A stretch of DNA of 64,000 nucleotides from Podarcis pityusensis. Lineage: Eukaryota. Positions 24,768 to 38,684 of this stretch are shown here, in pieces (within the stretch, counting starts at the first letter, position 1; every line of letters begins with the position of its first letter). A program made the position numbers and the translations under genes. The stretch lies in NCBI GenBank assembly GCA_964106645.2, contig OZ067039.1, one strand, 5' to 3'. The notes under the pieces were generated by a model. It did no database searches, was not told the DNA's origin, and worked only from the letters and a program-made list of their open reading frames with translations.

Positions 24768-25127
24768 TAGGGGTGAGGAACCTCTGGCCCATATGCCATA
24801 TGTGATATCAAATGTGGGCCCAGGTATCAATGTGGTGTCAGAGGAACAATTGGAACCTGAAAGTGAGTTCCCTCTTGTGCCTTTGCTGGAACAAGACATG
24901 CTCCAGGATCTTCAAGTAGTTTGCATTGAAACCACAGCAGTGGTGTTAGTTAAACTGCTTCCTGCTCCTAAATCAAATCTCTTTGAAAACGCACTGGGAG
25001 CACATATTCAGAGGGGCTCACCTTTCACTGTCAGATGGGTAGCCCCGCCCACAGCTCAGATTTAGCTGGGGGGGAGGTACAGCAGATACTGATCTAGACT
25101 GCTGGGGGAAACAGTCTGCCACCCTTG
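24768..25127. mobile_element. hAT-type MITE
   Basis: TAGGGGTGAGGAAC / GTCTGCCACCCTTG ends; 8-bp TSD CTGTACAG / CTGTATAG (7/8). Confidence 0.65.
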
Positions 25128-25745
25128 CTGTATAGGATGTCAGTATGATATGAAAATGTTCTTCTGTTTTAGAAAAGAGATGTTTCTAATATATTATTTA
25201 TACTGCACATCTGAAATGAGGCTTCTTTTGAGCTTTCTAAAGGAAAGGACACTTTCACAGGAGTAGAATAAATTGCATTTTAATAAATAAGTAACCAGTA
25301 ATTGCTGAATCTTGAATATTTTTGTCATGAATATGGAGTTTGTGGAATATTCCATCTTCTAGTAAGAAACAATATGATTCAATATGATTGAAGAGCTAGA
25401 TATAATTTATATTGGTTTTAGTAATAAACAATAGAGGGCGCCTCATCAGTTAATTAAACTTTAGTTTACTGGTGGCAATTAATAAAAGTGCACAGTACTG
25501 TTAGTATATTCATGACAAAATGAATTTTGGTGAAATCAGTAAGCATTAGCCATTGTGGATGGCAGATTAAGTGGTTTCCACGTTAATTTTATTTTTGGTG
25601 CAAAATAAAGACTGACCGCTTTATTCTGTAGGTAAATTTCAAATATATGTTATCATAAAGGACATTCAGCTGACCCAAAAGTTTAATTGTAGAAGGAGTG
25701 TATTTTAAAATAAACTTCTGCGTCATGTTTTTGTTCCTTACACAG

Positions 25746-26534
25746 ACCAGCAAAGAAGATAAATTATCTAGCCGTATCCAAAGTATGCTTGGAAACTATG
25801 ATGAAATGAAGGATTTTATAGGTGACCGGTCCCTCCAGAAGCTTGTTGAAATTCCTAAACCAACAGTACCATCAACAACAGATGAAAAATCAAACCAAAG
25901 TTTCTTTGGTGATCAGAGGCACAGTACTGGCTCTCATCAGAGCAGCAAATGGACGCCTGTAGGTCCAGCACCTAGCACTTCTTCCCAGTCGCAGAAACGT
26001 TCCATAGGTTTACAGAGTGGACATGGTGGCCAGCGCAACAGTGGCAATAACACTAGCAGTAGTGGGCAAAGGCATGACCGTGACTCGTATAGCAGTAGTG
26101 GGAGTAGCAGTAGCCGTAAAAAAGCCCAGCATGGATCTGAACATTCAAAGTCCCGTTCTTCCAGCCCTGGAAAACCACCTGCTGTTTCTTCTCTGAACTC
26201 CAGTCATTCCAGGTCTCATGGAAATGATCATCACAGCAAGGAACATCAGCGCTCCAAATCTCCGCGAGACCCTGATGCCAACTGGGACTCACCCTCCCGT
26301 GTCCCTTCCTTTTCTAGTGGTAGTCAGGCTTTCCCTCCTTCGCTTATGTCTAAATCTAACACAATGTTGCAGAAGCCTACTGCCTATGTAAGGCCTATGG
26401 ATGGTCAGGAGTCCATGGAACCAAAGCTATCTTCTGAACACTACAGTAGCCAGACACACAGCAACAATATGAATGAACTGAAACCTGGTAAAGCACATCT
26501 AACAAAACTGAAAATTCCGTCTCAGCCACTTGAC
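25746..26534 (+). CDS. AFF4: AFF4 exon 3 (includes SIAH degron PTAYVRP at 26376-26396)
   Basis: [26 protein letters not shown]...[14 protein letters not shown]...[10 protein letters not shown]; AG/GT, 789 nt, phase 0-0. Confidence 0.97.
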
Positions 26535-26961
26535 GTAAGTTGCCTTAAAAAAATTAAAATAAAATAAAGCTCATTTGTGCTTATTCCATGGATAAGAGAG
26601 ACTGCTTAGAAAAATACTTTTATTGACATCTGAGTTGTATGTAAGGAACACACCTAACTAAAATGCAGTAATTTCTTTTAATTTCAATTTCTTTGACAAT
26701 TGAAGGATTTACCGCTTTCTGATCTGCCATGATTCTAATAACTGGGCATTTATGCTGGTCTGGCCCGGCACATGTTTTTCCTTGGGTGTTTCAGCTTTAA
26801 ATAAACACTAATGTGACATTATTATTATTTTATTTACAACTCAGTTGAGCACCTGCTCAGTCATAGTGGAAGATAAAATTGTGCTAAATATTGACTTTTA
26901 ATAATGGTGTTTTATTAACAAGCGTATAGCAGCCTCATCTACTTCCCAGTCACAAATGACT

Positions 26962-27173
26962 GGTTGGAATTCATTGCTTCATGAATGGGTTTGCACAACA
27001 GGACTTTCCCTTCCTTTCCTTCCTCTACAAGCCCCGCCAACTCCGGTACTTAAACTGTTCTGGAGGGTTTCCAGGCTTTGAGGGAAGTCCAGGAGACTGC
27101 AGGGGCAAATGAAGTCCCATTGCACATCCAAAAGTCCATTCGGCTCACACAGAGACAGTATTGGATACAACCC
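26962..27173. mobile_element. Palindromic PIF/Harbinger-like MITE
   Basis: Right end TTGGATACAACCC matches the 51383 copy; central CTGTTCTGGAGGGTT.. Confidence 0.5.
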
Positions 27174-27513
27174 TCCTACTTGGTCATACTCAGAGTAGAA
27201 TAATTGAACACCATGTAATTGAACTATTACAGGTTAATTTGAATAGATTGATTTCAGTGGGTCAACTGTGAATATAACTGACTTGGACATAACACCCCGT
27301 TTGAAAAGAAAAAGTGAGAGAATGTGTACTGTCATTGTTCTGCAATGTCTTGCACGTTAAAATATAATTAAGATGCCATCTGATATTTAATTTCAAATAT
27401 GAAACAGTATTCATATGGGCATTTAATTTTTCATAGATTACTATTTCATTTTTATTTTTTTGTGCTGGATCTGACAGTGCAAAAAGAAATGGATATGAGA
27501 AACTGGGTTCTAC

Positions 27514-27597
27514 CTTCTTCTTCTTCTTTGGCAATCACTCGTAGCCGAGTAAGATTGTCTTCCATAAACACGGTTTTAACAATGAGTGCGTAAGTGA
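27514..27597 (-). mobile_element. Extreme 3' tip of a LINE with (GAA)n tail (RTE-like)
   Basis: (CTT)4 followed by TGGCAATCACTCGTAGCCGAGTAAGATTGTCTTCC, recalled as a lacertid LINE 3' end; family assignment uncertain. Confidence 0.45.
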
Positions 27598-27909
27598 AGC
27601 ATTCATGAAACAGGAACGTTAAAATTATATTGCTTAGATTATCATTTTTCTCAGAAATTTAAAAAGTTAACAATAGTTTCCCTCAGCTGCATACATTTTA
27701 GGAAACTGATGAGAAATACAAAGGTGTGAACAAGTTATGAAAAGATGTTTGTAGAGTCTCTTTTCATCTGCAGTATGAAAGCTGCTCTTTGTACCTTAAT
27801 ACTGAATTTGAATCCCATTTTAAGTAATTTTATAATAATTGAATTTTCTAGAAGTTTCATAACATTGAATTACAAATATGCCAGTTATGTTCTGATCATT
27901 CATTTGTAG

Positions 27910-27954
27910 GCATCAGCATCCAGTGACATGAGCAGTGTGGATGAAATTCTAAAA
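27910..27954 (+). CDS. AFF4: AFF4 exon 4
   Basis: ASASSDMSSVDEILK; TAG/GTAAGT; 45 nt; part of ELL-binding region. Confidence 0.95.
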
Positions 27955-29167
27955 GTAAGTTGTTCTCTTATTCTGGCTTTTGAGATTTTCTTGCTTAAAT
28001 GTGTTGAATTTTTGGAAAAAATCCAAAATCAATTACCCCTGTATATTGCTTAAGATTTCATTAAAAACCAATTATCCTTTTTTTCTCTTCTGTGTACCAT
28101 TGGTATCCACCAGTTTGTTCTCTATTTTTAATAATACTTTCGGATTATTTTTCTAAAGTCTTCCTTTGGTAAAGTCTTAAAATATTTTAAAAGAATATTT
28201 TCCTGCATATGCAAATCAGTATGTTTTGTTACTGTATTTTCTCTTCAGACATTAAATAAAAAGGTTATTTACCCCCCCCCCCAATTGATTGAATATGCAT
28301 AGTGGGAAAGCATATCAATATATTAAATTAGCAATAAAACTGATGGATTAATAAATAGATGTTTTGTTTTCCTTGGAAGGTTTCCTTAAGTCAATCAAAT
28401 AATTTTTGTGTATCCTGCATGAAAATGACATTGACGTAATTCTGAAAGACTAATCACAGTCAGTCTTGAAAGAAGATTGTTGTAACTTCCTCTCCACTTA
28501 TTCCTTCCAATTCTCTCTGGTAAACCTAAAGCTTTTAGGTTATTTGGTAAATATAGCAGTTTCATTTAAGACTCTTAGTACAAATGAAGTAGAATCCCAT
28601 GGGTGTTACTATTCTGAAGAATGACATATACCAGCAGGACAGTGAGGGAGGCAATTCATTCTCTCCTTTGAAGCCTCCCATTTTTGGGGGGGCGGGGTGA
28701 TGACGAGTGATGACTGTCGTGATTAGATGGGACCAAGGGAGAATGCAAGGAACGATTGCTAAAAATGTCTCCATCTCTTTTTTCCTGATGGATGCCTTTT
28801 GTCAGTAGAACAACATCCATTGGATTCCACCCATAGTTGGTTCAATTTATCCCTGTTCACAAGGCTAACAATTATTTTTTAATTCTCTGATCACAAAGTT
28901 TTGTTGGGATTGGTCATTGATAGCGTTGTAGTAAAGCAAATACTTCGGCTTGTGCAAGGACACCCCCCCCCTTTCTCTTTTCCCCTGCAGCCCCCTGCAG
29001 CCCTGTAAAATCCACTTCGGAGCATTTGGGGAATCTTCCAGTCAATCAGTAGGGGACAGGAGACTTCAGGGGGCATGAGAAGAGTAAATCTTATTACATG
29101 AGTTGGCATCCTTTCCCATTATTTTAATTTAAAACACTTGTAAGCTGTGCTTTTTGGTTTGCATTAA

Positions 29168-29311
<144 letters not shown>

Positions 29312-30689
29312 TAACAGAAAGATCATGATTGCACATGGCAGTTGGCTGATTCTAAAATAAGGAAGCTACCTTTTGTCGATCAAGATTTTCATCATTTAAT
29401 TATAATTATTACAGCATTGTTCATTCTTTGTTTTTATTGGCTTCATGTTATATTGTTTGCTTGAAACTTCTGCTTTGGCTTTATTTTTCCTTAACTCTGT
29501 TTGCCTTTCATATTGAACTTATTATAATTGTGTCCTGTTCTTTCATCTAGAACAAATTTACATACCCTTTTTAACAGGCATGTTATTTCATGCATTCAGA
29601 ACATTAGGTCATATGAATTGTTCAAATTCTCTTCCTGTCAGGAAGCTCCAGCTATGCTGTTTCCATACACAATACTTTGTGTTCTTTTAGACATCTTAAA
29701 ATCTGGTGCAGCCACTTCAACAATAGTGATCCTGGGTTGATTTGTGAGGTTTATCAACAGCAATTTGTATTGAGCAGGTGACTTGAGTTGATGCTTAAGA
29801 AAACCCTTTTCCTAGGTAAACTCTTGTCTCCTACGAATACCCCAGTAGCTGTCTACACTATATGCATATTGGAGGCTAAAAATGTACAGAAATTATCAAA
29901 CAAGAAGACTTTAAAATTATACAAAGAAGGCAGAACTTCTTCAAAATGCTCCTGTTTTGTAGCATTTATTTTAAAAAAATGTCGTGCTATTTGCTTTCAT
30001 TTTTATTCAGTTCAAATATTAGTTTGTGGAGTGATCTCTCCATGTTAAGAGAGATCATGTTGTGGGAAAACTCTTAATATCCTTTGTTTGAAAGACTTTC
30101 TGACAACTCATCAAAAGATTATAGCATGTATTTTTTTCAGTATCATGTTTTAACGTATCCTGAAGAGACAAACATGATACAATTGTATCATTCTTGGCAC
30201 ATGGTTTCTGGTGGTGCCTAGGGCAAAGGTTTATTACTTACATAAATATGTTATTTTATAAACCTAGGGTTTGTTAGTCCTTAATAGACTCTGTTATTCA
30301 ACTTCAATTTTTCATATAACTACATGAAGTGCTGGCAGTAGTGAATTTCTCAAAGTCATATTAGACGGTTACCAATGGCAATAGCTTAGTTTTATGATTG
30401 CATTCTTTCTACTGTTCTTGAAAAGGAAAGTCCTAGGTTCATTCGTTCCATGTAATCAAGCATAAACACAGTATGTAGTACCTACATGATTATGACAAAT
30501 ACGAATCACCTCCAGGCCTGGAAACTTTTGTAGAGAGACTATTTGGAAGAACGTGTGTGTTGTATTACTTTATTTCTTTCATGCCATTTACTTACCATAC
30601 TTGATTAACATAGGCATCTCTTGGAACACACAAGACTAGTACATGTTTGTTGGCTATTTTTAAGTACATTTTAATGTATATTTTTAATT

Positions 30690-31130
30690 CAAAGAACTCA
30701 GGATGGATAATAGTTATTCAGTAGAACAACCATAACAAAGTAACAAAAAGCACAACATTTTTTGCATCTTTCAGCTGAACATATGTTACCAATCAGTTAC
30801 CAAGATTCTATGCCAGCAGCCAGGTTTTGAGCTGATGTCTAAGTGACAAAAGCATAGAAGCTGAATTGGAAAGGGCAGGGAGTTCTAAAGCTGGGGTGCA
30901 CAACAGAAAAGGCCTGCCCCCATGATGATGGTAGAATGCTGAAGAGATCCTTTGTGGAAAAGTAATCTGAGCAGGAAAATGCACTCCACACCACTGTTGA
31001 CACTTGGGACTCAAGTGGTAAAGTGTAATAAAGGAATACCCTAGAAGCAGGACCTGCTCTTTTGAAGAGGCCTGCAACACCTAATCCAAGGCCTCCTAGG
31101 CCTCAGAACTGTCCAATCATAGCATCTTCA
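30690..31130 (-). mobile_element. Old L2-like LINE 3' fragment
   Basis: - strand reads GGCCTTTTCTGTTGTGCACCCCAGCTTTAGAACTCCCTGCC (AFSVVxPxLxNSLP-like); boundaries approximate. Confidence 0.55.
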
Positions 31131-32429
31131 TCTTACCTGGATTCAGTTTATTACAGTTGCCTTGAGTGCCTCACCCAGCAGCTTCATATATATGTTAGAT
31201 ACCACTTAGGATATAAGGAAACCCTGCAGGACTGCATGGACCAACTTCCTTGGACTCAGGCAGAAGTCCCATCCCCCCAAACCACCTTCTGGAATCAACC
31301 CTGTGGGTTGGAGTGAAAACACTCTGACATTGTGTCTCCTACTCTGCCCCACGTAGTCAGTGGTATCCGAATTTGTTGCAGTTTGTGGCAGAGGGTTCCA
31401 GTGGCCTTTCATCTGAACTGGATTTCAGCTGTCTAGTCACTAGTCAGAACAACAGTGCTGGACAACTCTTGGAAAATGTAATTGAGAAAGCAAATCAATT
31501 CTTCTTTGTTTCCTTCATATAAATTGTGCCTGTAATTTGTATTTGGCCATTCTGGGACTCACACAGTGTCGGGCTTAAGCTGGTATGGATGAGGTCTTCT
31601 TACTCCCCACTAGAAGCTGACAAATCAGACTTAGATAACTCACCAGCATCTTGGTACACTCTGGACTGTACCACCTCTTCTTTGGTAATGGCACTTGCAC
31701 ATCTCCATACTGCAGTTTACTCATCCTTAGGAGAACATCAAATATTGGGAGATGGGATAGGCTGGTGTTGCAGCGTTAGCTCTCCAGATGTTCCTCTGAT
31801 TATCTCTTGCTGCTCCTTCACGTCTGGCTGCAGCTGACCTCTGTAGAGAATCCCTAGGCCCAGGACTGATGTGGATGCCCAGTGTAGATATTTATCTTAC
31901 ATGCAATAGTTGTAAATTGTCATATGTAGTTGTAAATTGGCATTATATAAATGTTAGCTTGTATAAATGACTGTATGGCATGAGTCATGTAGCACAAAAG
32001 TGGTAACCTTAGAATTTAGAAGTGGAAGCTTGATCCAGGAGAATCCCTAGCCTAATGTGCAAAGTAGGCATTTCCTTTTTCCTTTCCGATAGTCAACTAT
32101 CATCACTTTAAATTTTATTCATATTCAGTGGGTTGCACTTAAAAACGTGTTTGGGGGACACCACTGTGTGTGTTCATTAAAAAAAGAAAAAAGGATGAGA
32201 AACTTTACCATGTGATCAGGGCCTTAAACCATAGGAAAGAAGGCATCAGCTTTTAGGATTCTCTTGGCTCTAAAGTCTGGGGAAGATTCAGATAGGCTTG
32301 GATAACACTTCAAAGGAATTGTTGTAGTTTTTTCTAAAATTTAAATAATCAAGCACAAGCACAACTAAAGCACTTCCTCTTTTAGTAGTCTCTGTTAAAC
32401 AGATAAGTAACCTTTTTGTATTTTTACAG

Positions 32430-32466
32430 GAAGCTCAGCAATCTAATTTTGGCACTGGAGAACAAA
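32430..32466 (+). CDS. AFF4: AFF4 exon 6
   Basis: EAQQSNFGTGEQ(K); CAG/GTAAGT; 37 nt, phase 0-1. Confidence 0.93.
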
Positions 32467-34499
32467 GTAAGTGTGTGTTTGTATTATGTACTGAATTATT
32501 TCTCTGTTTTTTTTAAAAAAAGAATTTACAGTAAAATTCTCTTTTGGATGCTTTACTTGAATAAAAGTTCTATTGATAGTTTTTCTGGTCTTGTGGCTAG
32601 GATGCCTGGCCCAATAAAAGACCTGAATCAGAATGTTAATGTGTTCTCATTTTATCTATTTTTGTGTGTGTGCTTACTGTACTAGGAAGGTTTGATTTGA
32701 GAATTAGTGCTTGCTATTTTTGTTCCCTTTGAAAGTTGTAGCACATTTTGAGAAATCTTTGCCATTACGCTCTGAATGCTTTCATAACTCCTGTTTGTGA
32801 GAATTAAGGAAGTTCAGCTGGTTAAGACACCCTGGAGAATGAGCTTAAAGTAATCTCTAGGTGAGAAGGATAAGTAACAGAACAGCTTCACTTCTAGCTT
32901 ACTTGTGTTTCCCTTATTGGGACATAACTCAGAGCAGTCCTTGCCTGTCTCTGTAGCTTGTGGGAGACTGTGCCAATTTCTATTATTCTCTGCCCTTGGA
33001 GTGCTTCCATTCTTTAAACAAAGGCCGTTCTTTTTAAGAACTGGCTTTCTCCAAAATAATAATTATGACTAGGAATGCAGTCACTGTGAATGAAACGGGA
33101 CTGCACCATTTAATTCACAACATCTGACTTAATGTCTTCTGTAACTAGGATAACTAATTGATTAAGTTGTAAAAGCATAAGTAGTTATTCATATACTGTG
33201 ACTCCATTTAGATGGCACAGAGCTGATTGTCAAACCATTAGTTTGGCATTTGGGCACACGTCTGTAAGCTTGCAAACTACTTCCCCTCCTTCCTCACAGG
33301 GTTCTATAGTATGAGATAATTGTTGCTTTATTACATGTGAATGACATCTGAATCAGACAGATTGGTTATTTCTAAGATTAACTGGCCTTTATACCAGCAG
33401 TTAGAATGGCAAATGATCAGTATTTTATTATTTCCATTTTCGAGCACCAGTTTCAAGTCTTGCCTCTCTTGCTGCTCCTCTTGTTTTATTAGAAGAATTT
33501 TACTGGAAAAGTGAACTTGAAAAGGTCACTGGGCCCCAACCTAGTATTTGTATCTTGCATCAGAACCTCCAACAAATGTGTGCATTGTTTCCTGATCCAT
33601 AACAAGTGCATCTTGTTTCCCCTCCCTCTCAAAAAGCACCATTCTGTTTATATGGTCTGTTGTCAGTTGCTTCCATCTACTTAAGTGATTCCTGAAAATG
33701 GTAGGCCTTCTTCTGGTGGCAACACAGATGCTGCGTTGACCAATGAATTGCTAACGTTGTCCAGTTTCTTCAAACCATTGCATGACTCAACATCCCCAAA
33801 GTGTAAACATTTTCTCATTGAGATAGCAAAGAAGCTCAGAACAAGTTACATTAGGCTGCAGTCCTAACCCTGTTTCCCTAGAAGTAAACCCCATTGATTA
33901 AAATAGGATTTACTTCTGAAAAGACATTGTTAGGCTTGTGATGATAGTTACTAGGTCTGAAGCATGTGATATTTTAACTTTAGGAAACATGATAGGATGA
34001 GGTATTTTGAAATGTTGCGTATTACTTTTGCCTTTGAGAACAAAAGGTTCATTGCTCACCTTCTGCAAGCAGGGGTGATAATGAAACTGCTGCTAAGATA
34101 ACAGCATTACTAGCCAAATCATTAAGTAGCTGTGTGAAATAATAAACAGCACATTTTTGTCTGGAACAATATCTACTTTATGTTAAGGGAAGAACTTGTT
34201 TATATTTGTAAAACAAACAAGTCAAACTATTGAATCACTTCCTAGTCTGTGAATTCAGTAGTTGATTTACTGTTAGTCTTTCACTCTCCTTTTTTTTAGA
34301 AACCAGGTAAAGACATAGCTAGAGTACAGTAGTAAGTTTAGCATGTAAGTCGGAAAAGAAAGTGCTACCGAATGCAGTGGGTTAGCCCACTCTTGCAGTC
34401 TGCATCTGAGTCATGCTTGCCTCCATATATATCATTTGGGTGATGTTTATGTTTTTGTAACTTAGTGTTCAGCAATTATTTTATCTTTCTCACCTCCAG

Positions 34500-34548
34500 A
34501 AAGATACAATTCTTCATCAAAAGCATCTAATGTCCACCAGTCTAAATC
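34500..34548 (+). CDS. AFF4: AFF4 exon 7
   Basis: (K)RYNSSSKASNVHQSK(S); CAG/GTAAGT; 49 nt, phase 1-2. Confidence 0.92.
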
Positions 34549-35430
34549 GTAAGTATGCCCTATAATTTTCTCGGCAATATTTACAGTAATATTCTGAAAA
34601 TATATATGATGGAAATGGCCATATTGATTCATAGAGATGGAACTGCTACGGACAGAAAATCTATATAGTTGCATAGTACATCTCTTTACTTTTAATATGC
34701 TCACTTTCAATATATGTTTATGAGTGATGGGATTTCTTAATCAGGTTAGTAATTCAACATGAAATCTTGAGTGGTGCTTCTTGATTATTTACTGCACAAG
34801 GACATCACTTTCACTTGAACTTTATATACCCAGGTGCACTTAATTCTCAGTACTTCACAGCCATAAAAGAACGTGGTTTACACTTGATGAAGGGGGACTA
34901 TTATGGTCAAGGCTACACAATTTTTGCTTAGCTTGAGTAGCAAAGCCTAACTTTGCAACTTAACTTGGGAAATAATGTCTAATAGTTAGTTTTTCTTGGT
35001 AATACTATCCATGTACCCAGCACTATGCAGGGAATAAGAGGGCAAGTCCTTGCTCAAGGAGCTTACAATCTAGAAAAATCCTGTATTCGAAATAAACATA
35101 GAGATGGCATATTTGGTCTTAATAAAACTGACCTCATTTCCTTGCAACGGCAACTGCAAATTCATTTCATTAAATAATAAGCAATCAGCATTTTTGGAGA
35201 GACTCACCTGGAGTGCCCAACTTTCTCCTAGTGCCCCCTTGGTAATCCCACTGCCCTTTAGGGGGCAGTACTGTCCAGTTTGGGAACCATTACCTTAGAT
35301 GAACATTATTCAGCTGCATGAATAGTCCTAAACTAGATATAGCAAGCTAACATTGCCAAGCAACTTTTATTTTACTCCAGAACTACCTAGAAGGTTGAAT
35401 AATTTTAACCATATTTCTGTTCCCCCCCAG

Positions 35431-35451
35431 GTGTGAATCAAACCAGACAAA
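35431..35451 (+). CDS. AFF4: Candidate 21-nt alternative AFF4 microexon
   Basis: TTTTAAC..TTTCTGTTCCCCCCCAG acceptor, AA|GTAAGA donor, frame-preserving without stops. Confidence 0.45.
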
Positions 35452-36331
35452 GTAAGATGCTATGTTTGTTACTGATGTCAAGTGTTGCTTTTAAATTCTT
35501 GCTAATGCAAGAAGTGTTTTATTCATATTTTGTTATATGCAGAATGTTAATTCACAGCCAAGCTCTTGGAGAGTTCATAGTAAAGCATGAAAGAGTTCAA
35601 GTTAATATCCTTGAATTATGTTTTAAAAATATAGCAGTGATTCTTAAGCAAATGGTAAAACTAAAAATGACTTACCATTAATTTATGCCAGAATTTATGA
35701 AGCCTACTCTGTATTTAGTTTCCCTGTCTCCTACCTTTTTGGTGTTGTGTGGTCTATGCTCTTAAAAGTTTACTCTTAGCTTTTTTCAAAGTACATTTTG
35801 TCTGTGATGTACTGGCCTTTGCGCTTGATGACTCCATTTTCAGTATAGTATTAATGGGTGGTGGTGCTTGCAGCAGCATTGCACCGGTGCCTATGAGTTC
35901 CCTAACCTTGTTAATTGGGATAGGATTCTGCTTAATTCAGGCCCACAGCGTTCCCCTTCTTCTCTGCCTATATGTGACTTGCATGGTGCCCCACTCAGTG
36001 TTCCTGCAGTGATTCAATGTCTTGTGTGTTTTCCTTGTTCCATCAGGACAACTATGCTACTTAATATAAAAGCTCTTTTGAGCCTATTTGCTCATTGCAT
36101 TTTGTCACCCACCACAAGGATGTTAAGTGTCTTAATTTCTTCTGTTGCCCTTGTAATGGTGTAAGCACTTCAGGATTTTCAGTATGCTTCTTCAACCGAG
36201 TGTCAGTCCATTATGTAAAGGGAGGAAAATTAATGGCAATCATCACAAATTAGGTTAAATTGTTAGGATAGTATGGTATTATTTGGTAAAAAAACACACA
36301 CCAAACCTTTCCTTTTTCTGTTTGTTCCTAG

Positions 36332-36386
36332 CGTTCTTATAAATGACTTGAAAATCAGCAGCAGCGAAGACAGTGATGTCGAGCAG
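36332..36386 (+). CDS. AFF4: AFF4 exon 8
   Basis: (S)VLINDLKISSSEDSDVEQ; TAG acceptor, weak CAG|GTTATT donor; 55 nt, phase 2-0. Confidence 0.92.
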
Positions 36387-36956
36387 GTTATTTTTGTGTT
36401 TTTTTAAAAAAATTCTGTCCTGCCTTTCTACCAAGCTACACAGGGGAGCTGACAGCACCATCAAAATAAAGTAATACAAAGCACAACATTTAAAAAGGCA
36501 AAAACTAAAAATGAATAGAAACAAGCAACTAATACACTGTTTTAAAATAGTGTGGGAATTTGAACCCTGGGCTCTCAGTTCCTAGTCCAATTCTCTGGAC
36601 AACTACATCATGCTGGCTCTCAGTTTTGAGAGTGTAGGAAGGGCTGGCTGGGCTGCTTTGCAAGTGAAAGGGAGAAAAATACTTGCAAATGAACATGCCA
36701 ATTGACATTCAAAACCTGTCAAACAACATTTGAAATAGTATAACCCTGGTAGGATGGCTGATGGATCTCATATTATGTTTGTCCATAGGTTGCTTGTAAA
36801 CTTTGGCCAATTATGCAATATTTTCCCTAGTTTCCATTCTTATAGATGGATAACGTTCATGTCAGTGAAAGACAGAAAAATATGTTTTTCCAGTACCCTT
36901 GTTGAGTGTGTTACAAGGACAGTAATTCTAGTTTGGATCTTTTATTTCAATTATAG

Positions 36957-36994
36957 GATTCTGATAAGACTGTGCCAAGAGGTACACCTGGAAG
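36957..36994 (+). CDS. AFF4: AFF4 exon 9
   Basis: DSDKTVPRGTPG(S); TAG/GTAAAT; 38 nt. Confidence 0.92.
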
Positions 36995-37224
36995 GTAAAT
37001 ATTGGTTGATACACCTGGCATTATAAAGCTATGTTGAACTGATAGTACTATAACAATTTAACTGTGGGGAATTAAGATATCTGTTTAAAGCAAGAGCCAA
37101 TTAGGATTTCATCTTCAATTGAATTGCCATGGGTCTTCAACTGGTTGGGTTAAACATTAAAATATTTCTTAATAGTCTTATGCATGAACTATTTTATCCA
37201 TAGTTTCAAAGTAACTATGGATAA

Positions 37225-37434
<210 letters not shown>

Positions 37435-37897
37435 TGATTTTTTTCCTCCCTTGCATGTGGTCTTCATGTTTCCCATATGTGTCTATACACAGCAGTAATG
37501 TGAGAAAAGGGGGAATATAAATGTTAGAGACTATGCACTGTTTATACCCAGCTTATTAATGTTCATTGATCTTCTTTCATTTTAGAAGCAATCATATCCA
37601 AGAATTAAGGTGGAACAGGACTTCCTATGTGTTCAGAAGTATACATAGAAACACAATCCAGCATGGCCTCTGAGCTTCTGGGACTTGTGGAATGCTTAGT
37701 GCATTGTCTATAGGGAGATCATCTGAGTTCACACTGAACGCCTGTTCTTGTTTCCACCTTGCTGGCCTATCATAATGAAGCAAATCACCATTGTTTTCTG
37801 TGAGCAGTTTCTTGCTTCTGTCCTTGGGAATGGGACAAAAAGGGGCCAAGTGGACCAGAAGTTAGGCAGGCTGTGAATCATTTAATACAAATTAAAA

Positions 37898-37923
37898 ATG
37901 ATGATGATGATGATGATGATGAT
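37898..37923. repeat. (ATG)n microsatellite
   Basis: About 8-9 tandem ATG units. Confidence 0.9.
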
Positions 37924-38684
37924 TTAGTCTGCAGTCAAGACATGGAATATTACATTGACAGTTTGGAGAGAAATGTAAGGCAAAGGGCTCATGCCTAGCA
38001 GCTTAAAACTATATTGGAGAGGGGGATTAGTGTTGGGGAGCATGTGTGCCATGAGGTTTAAAAATTCCCTTCACTGACATATGCAGGTTTGTTTCAGGCA
38101 GAAGGAGATGAAAATATGAATTTCCCCTTTCCCACTCTCTAGGCACCACTACCACCTATAGAGCAATAAAACTGTCAGCCAGCCAGCCAGAACATGGCTT
38201 CTGCTCTATGCTGGCCTCCATAGTATTCCTATTTAAGGCTCCTGCTAATGTGGTTCCCAGGGAGTGGGATATCCTTTTAACATTTTGCTGCAGGGCCTAC
38301 TTGTTTGTTTTACAGTTAACTAAGTCAGCCATGCAGCTTGACAGTAATCTGCTGCTCCAAGCAGGGGAGCAATTGATCCCAGATGAGTAGATAAGTGGCA
38401 CGCTGCCCCCGCTGCAACTTGATGAAGAAAACCTAGCACCTTGTGGCAGCCCCCCTCTCCTGTTGTGACATGGCTAGGCTGGAGAGAGTACATACTTAAA
38501 TCAGCAGTTTCCTCAATTTTCTATAGCAACAGAGGAGTAAGCTGCATAATGGATGGCCACGTTCCAACTTTGCAAGCTTGGAATAAAATGTTTATTATTT
38601 ATTCTTTGGTTTAGCTTGTTAGCCACTCGGGAAATGGAGGGAATGTAGGTATTGACTTTTAAGATTCCCGTTTTCTTTCTTTAG

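Noticed and set aside
35800-36170. Possible intronic snoRNA or conserved element
   Set aside because: No properly spaced C/D or H/ACA boxes with terminal stem identified
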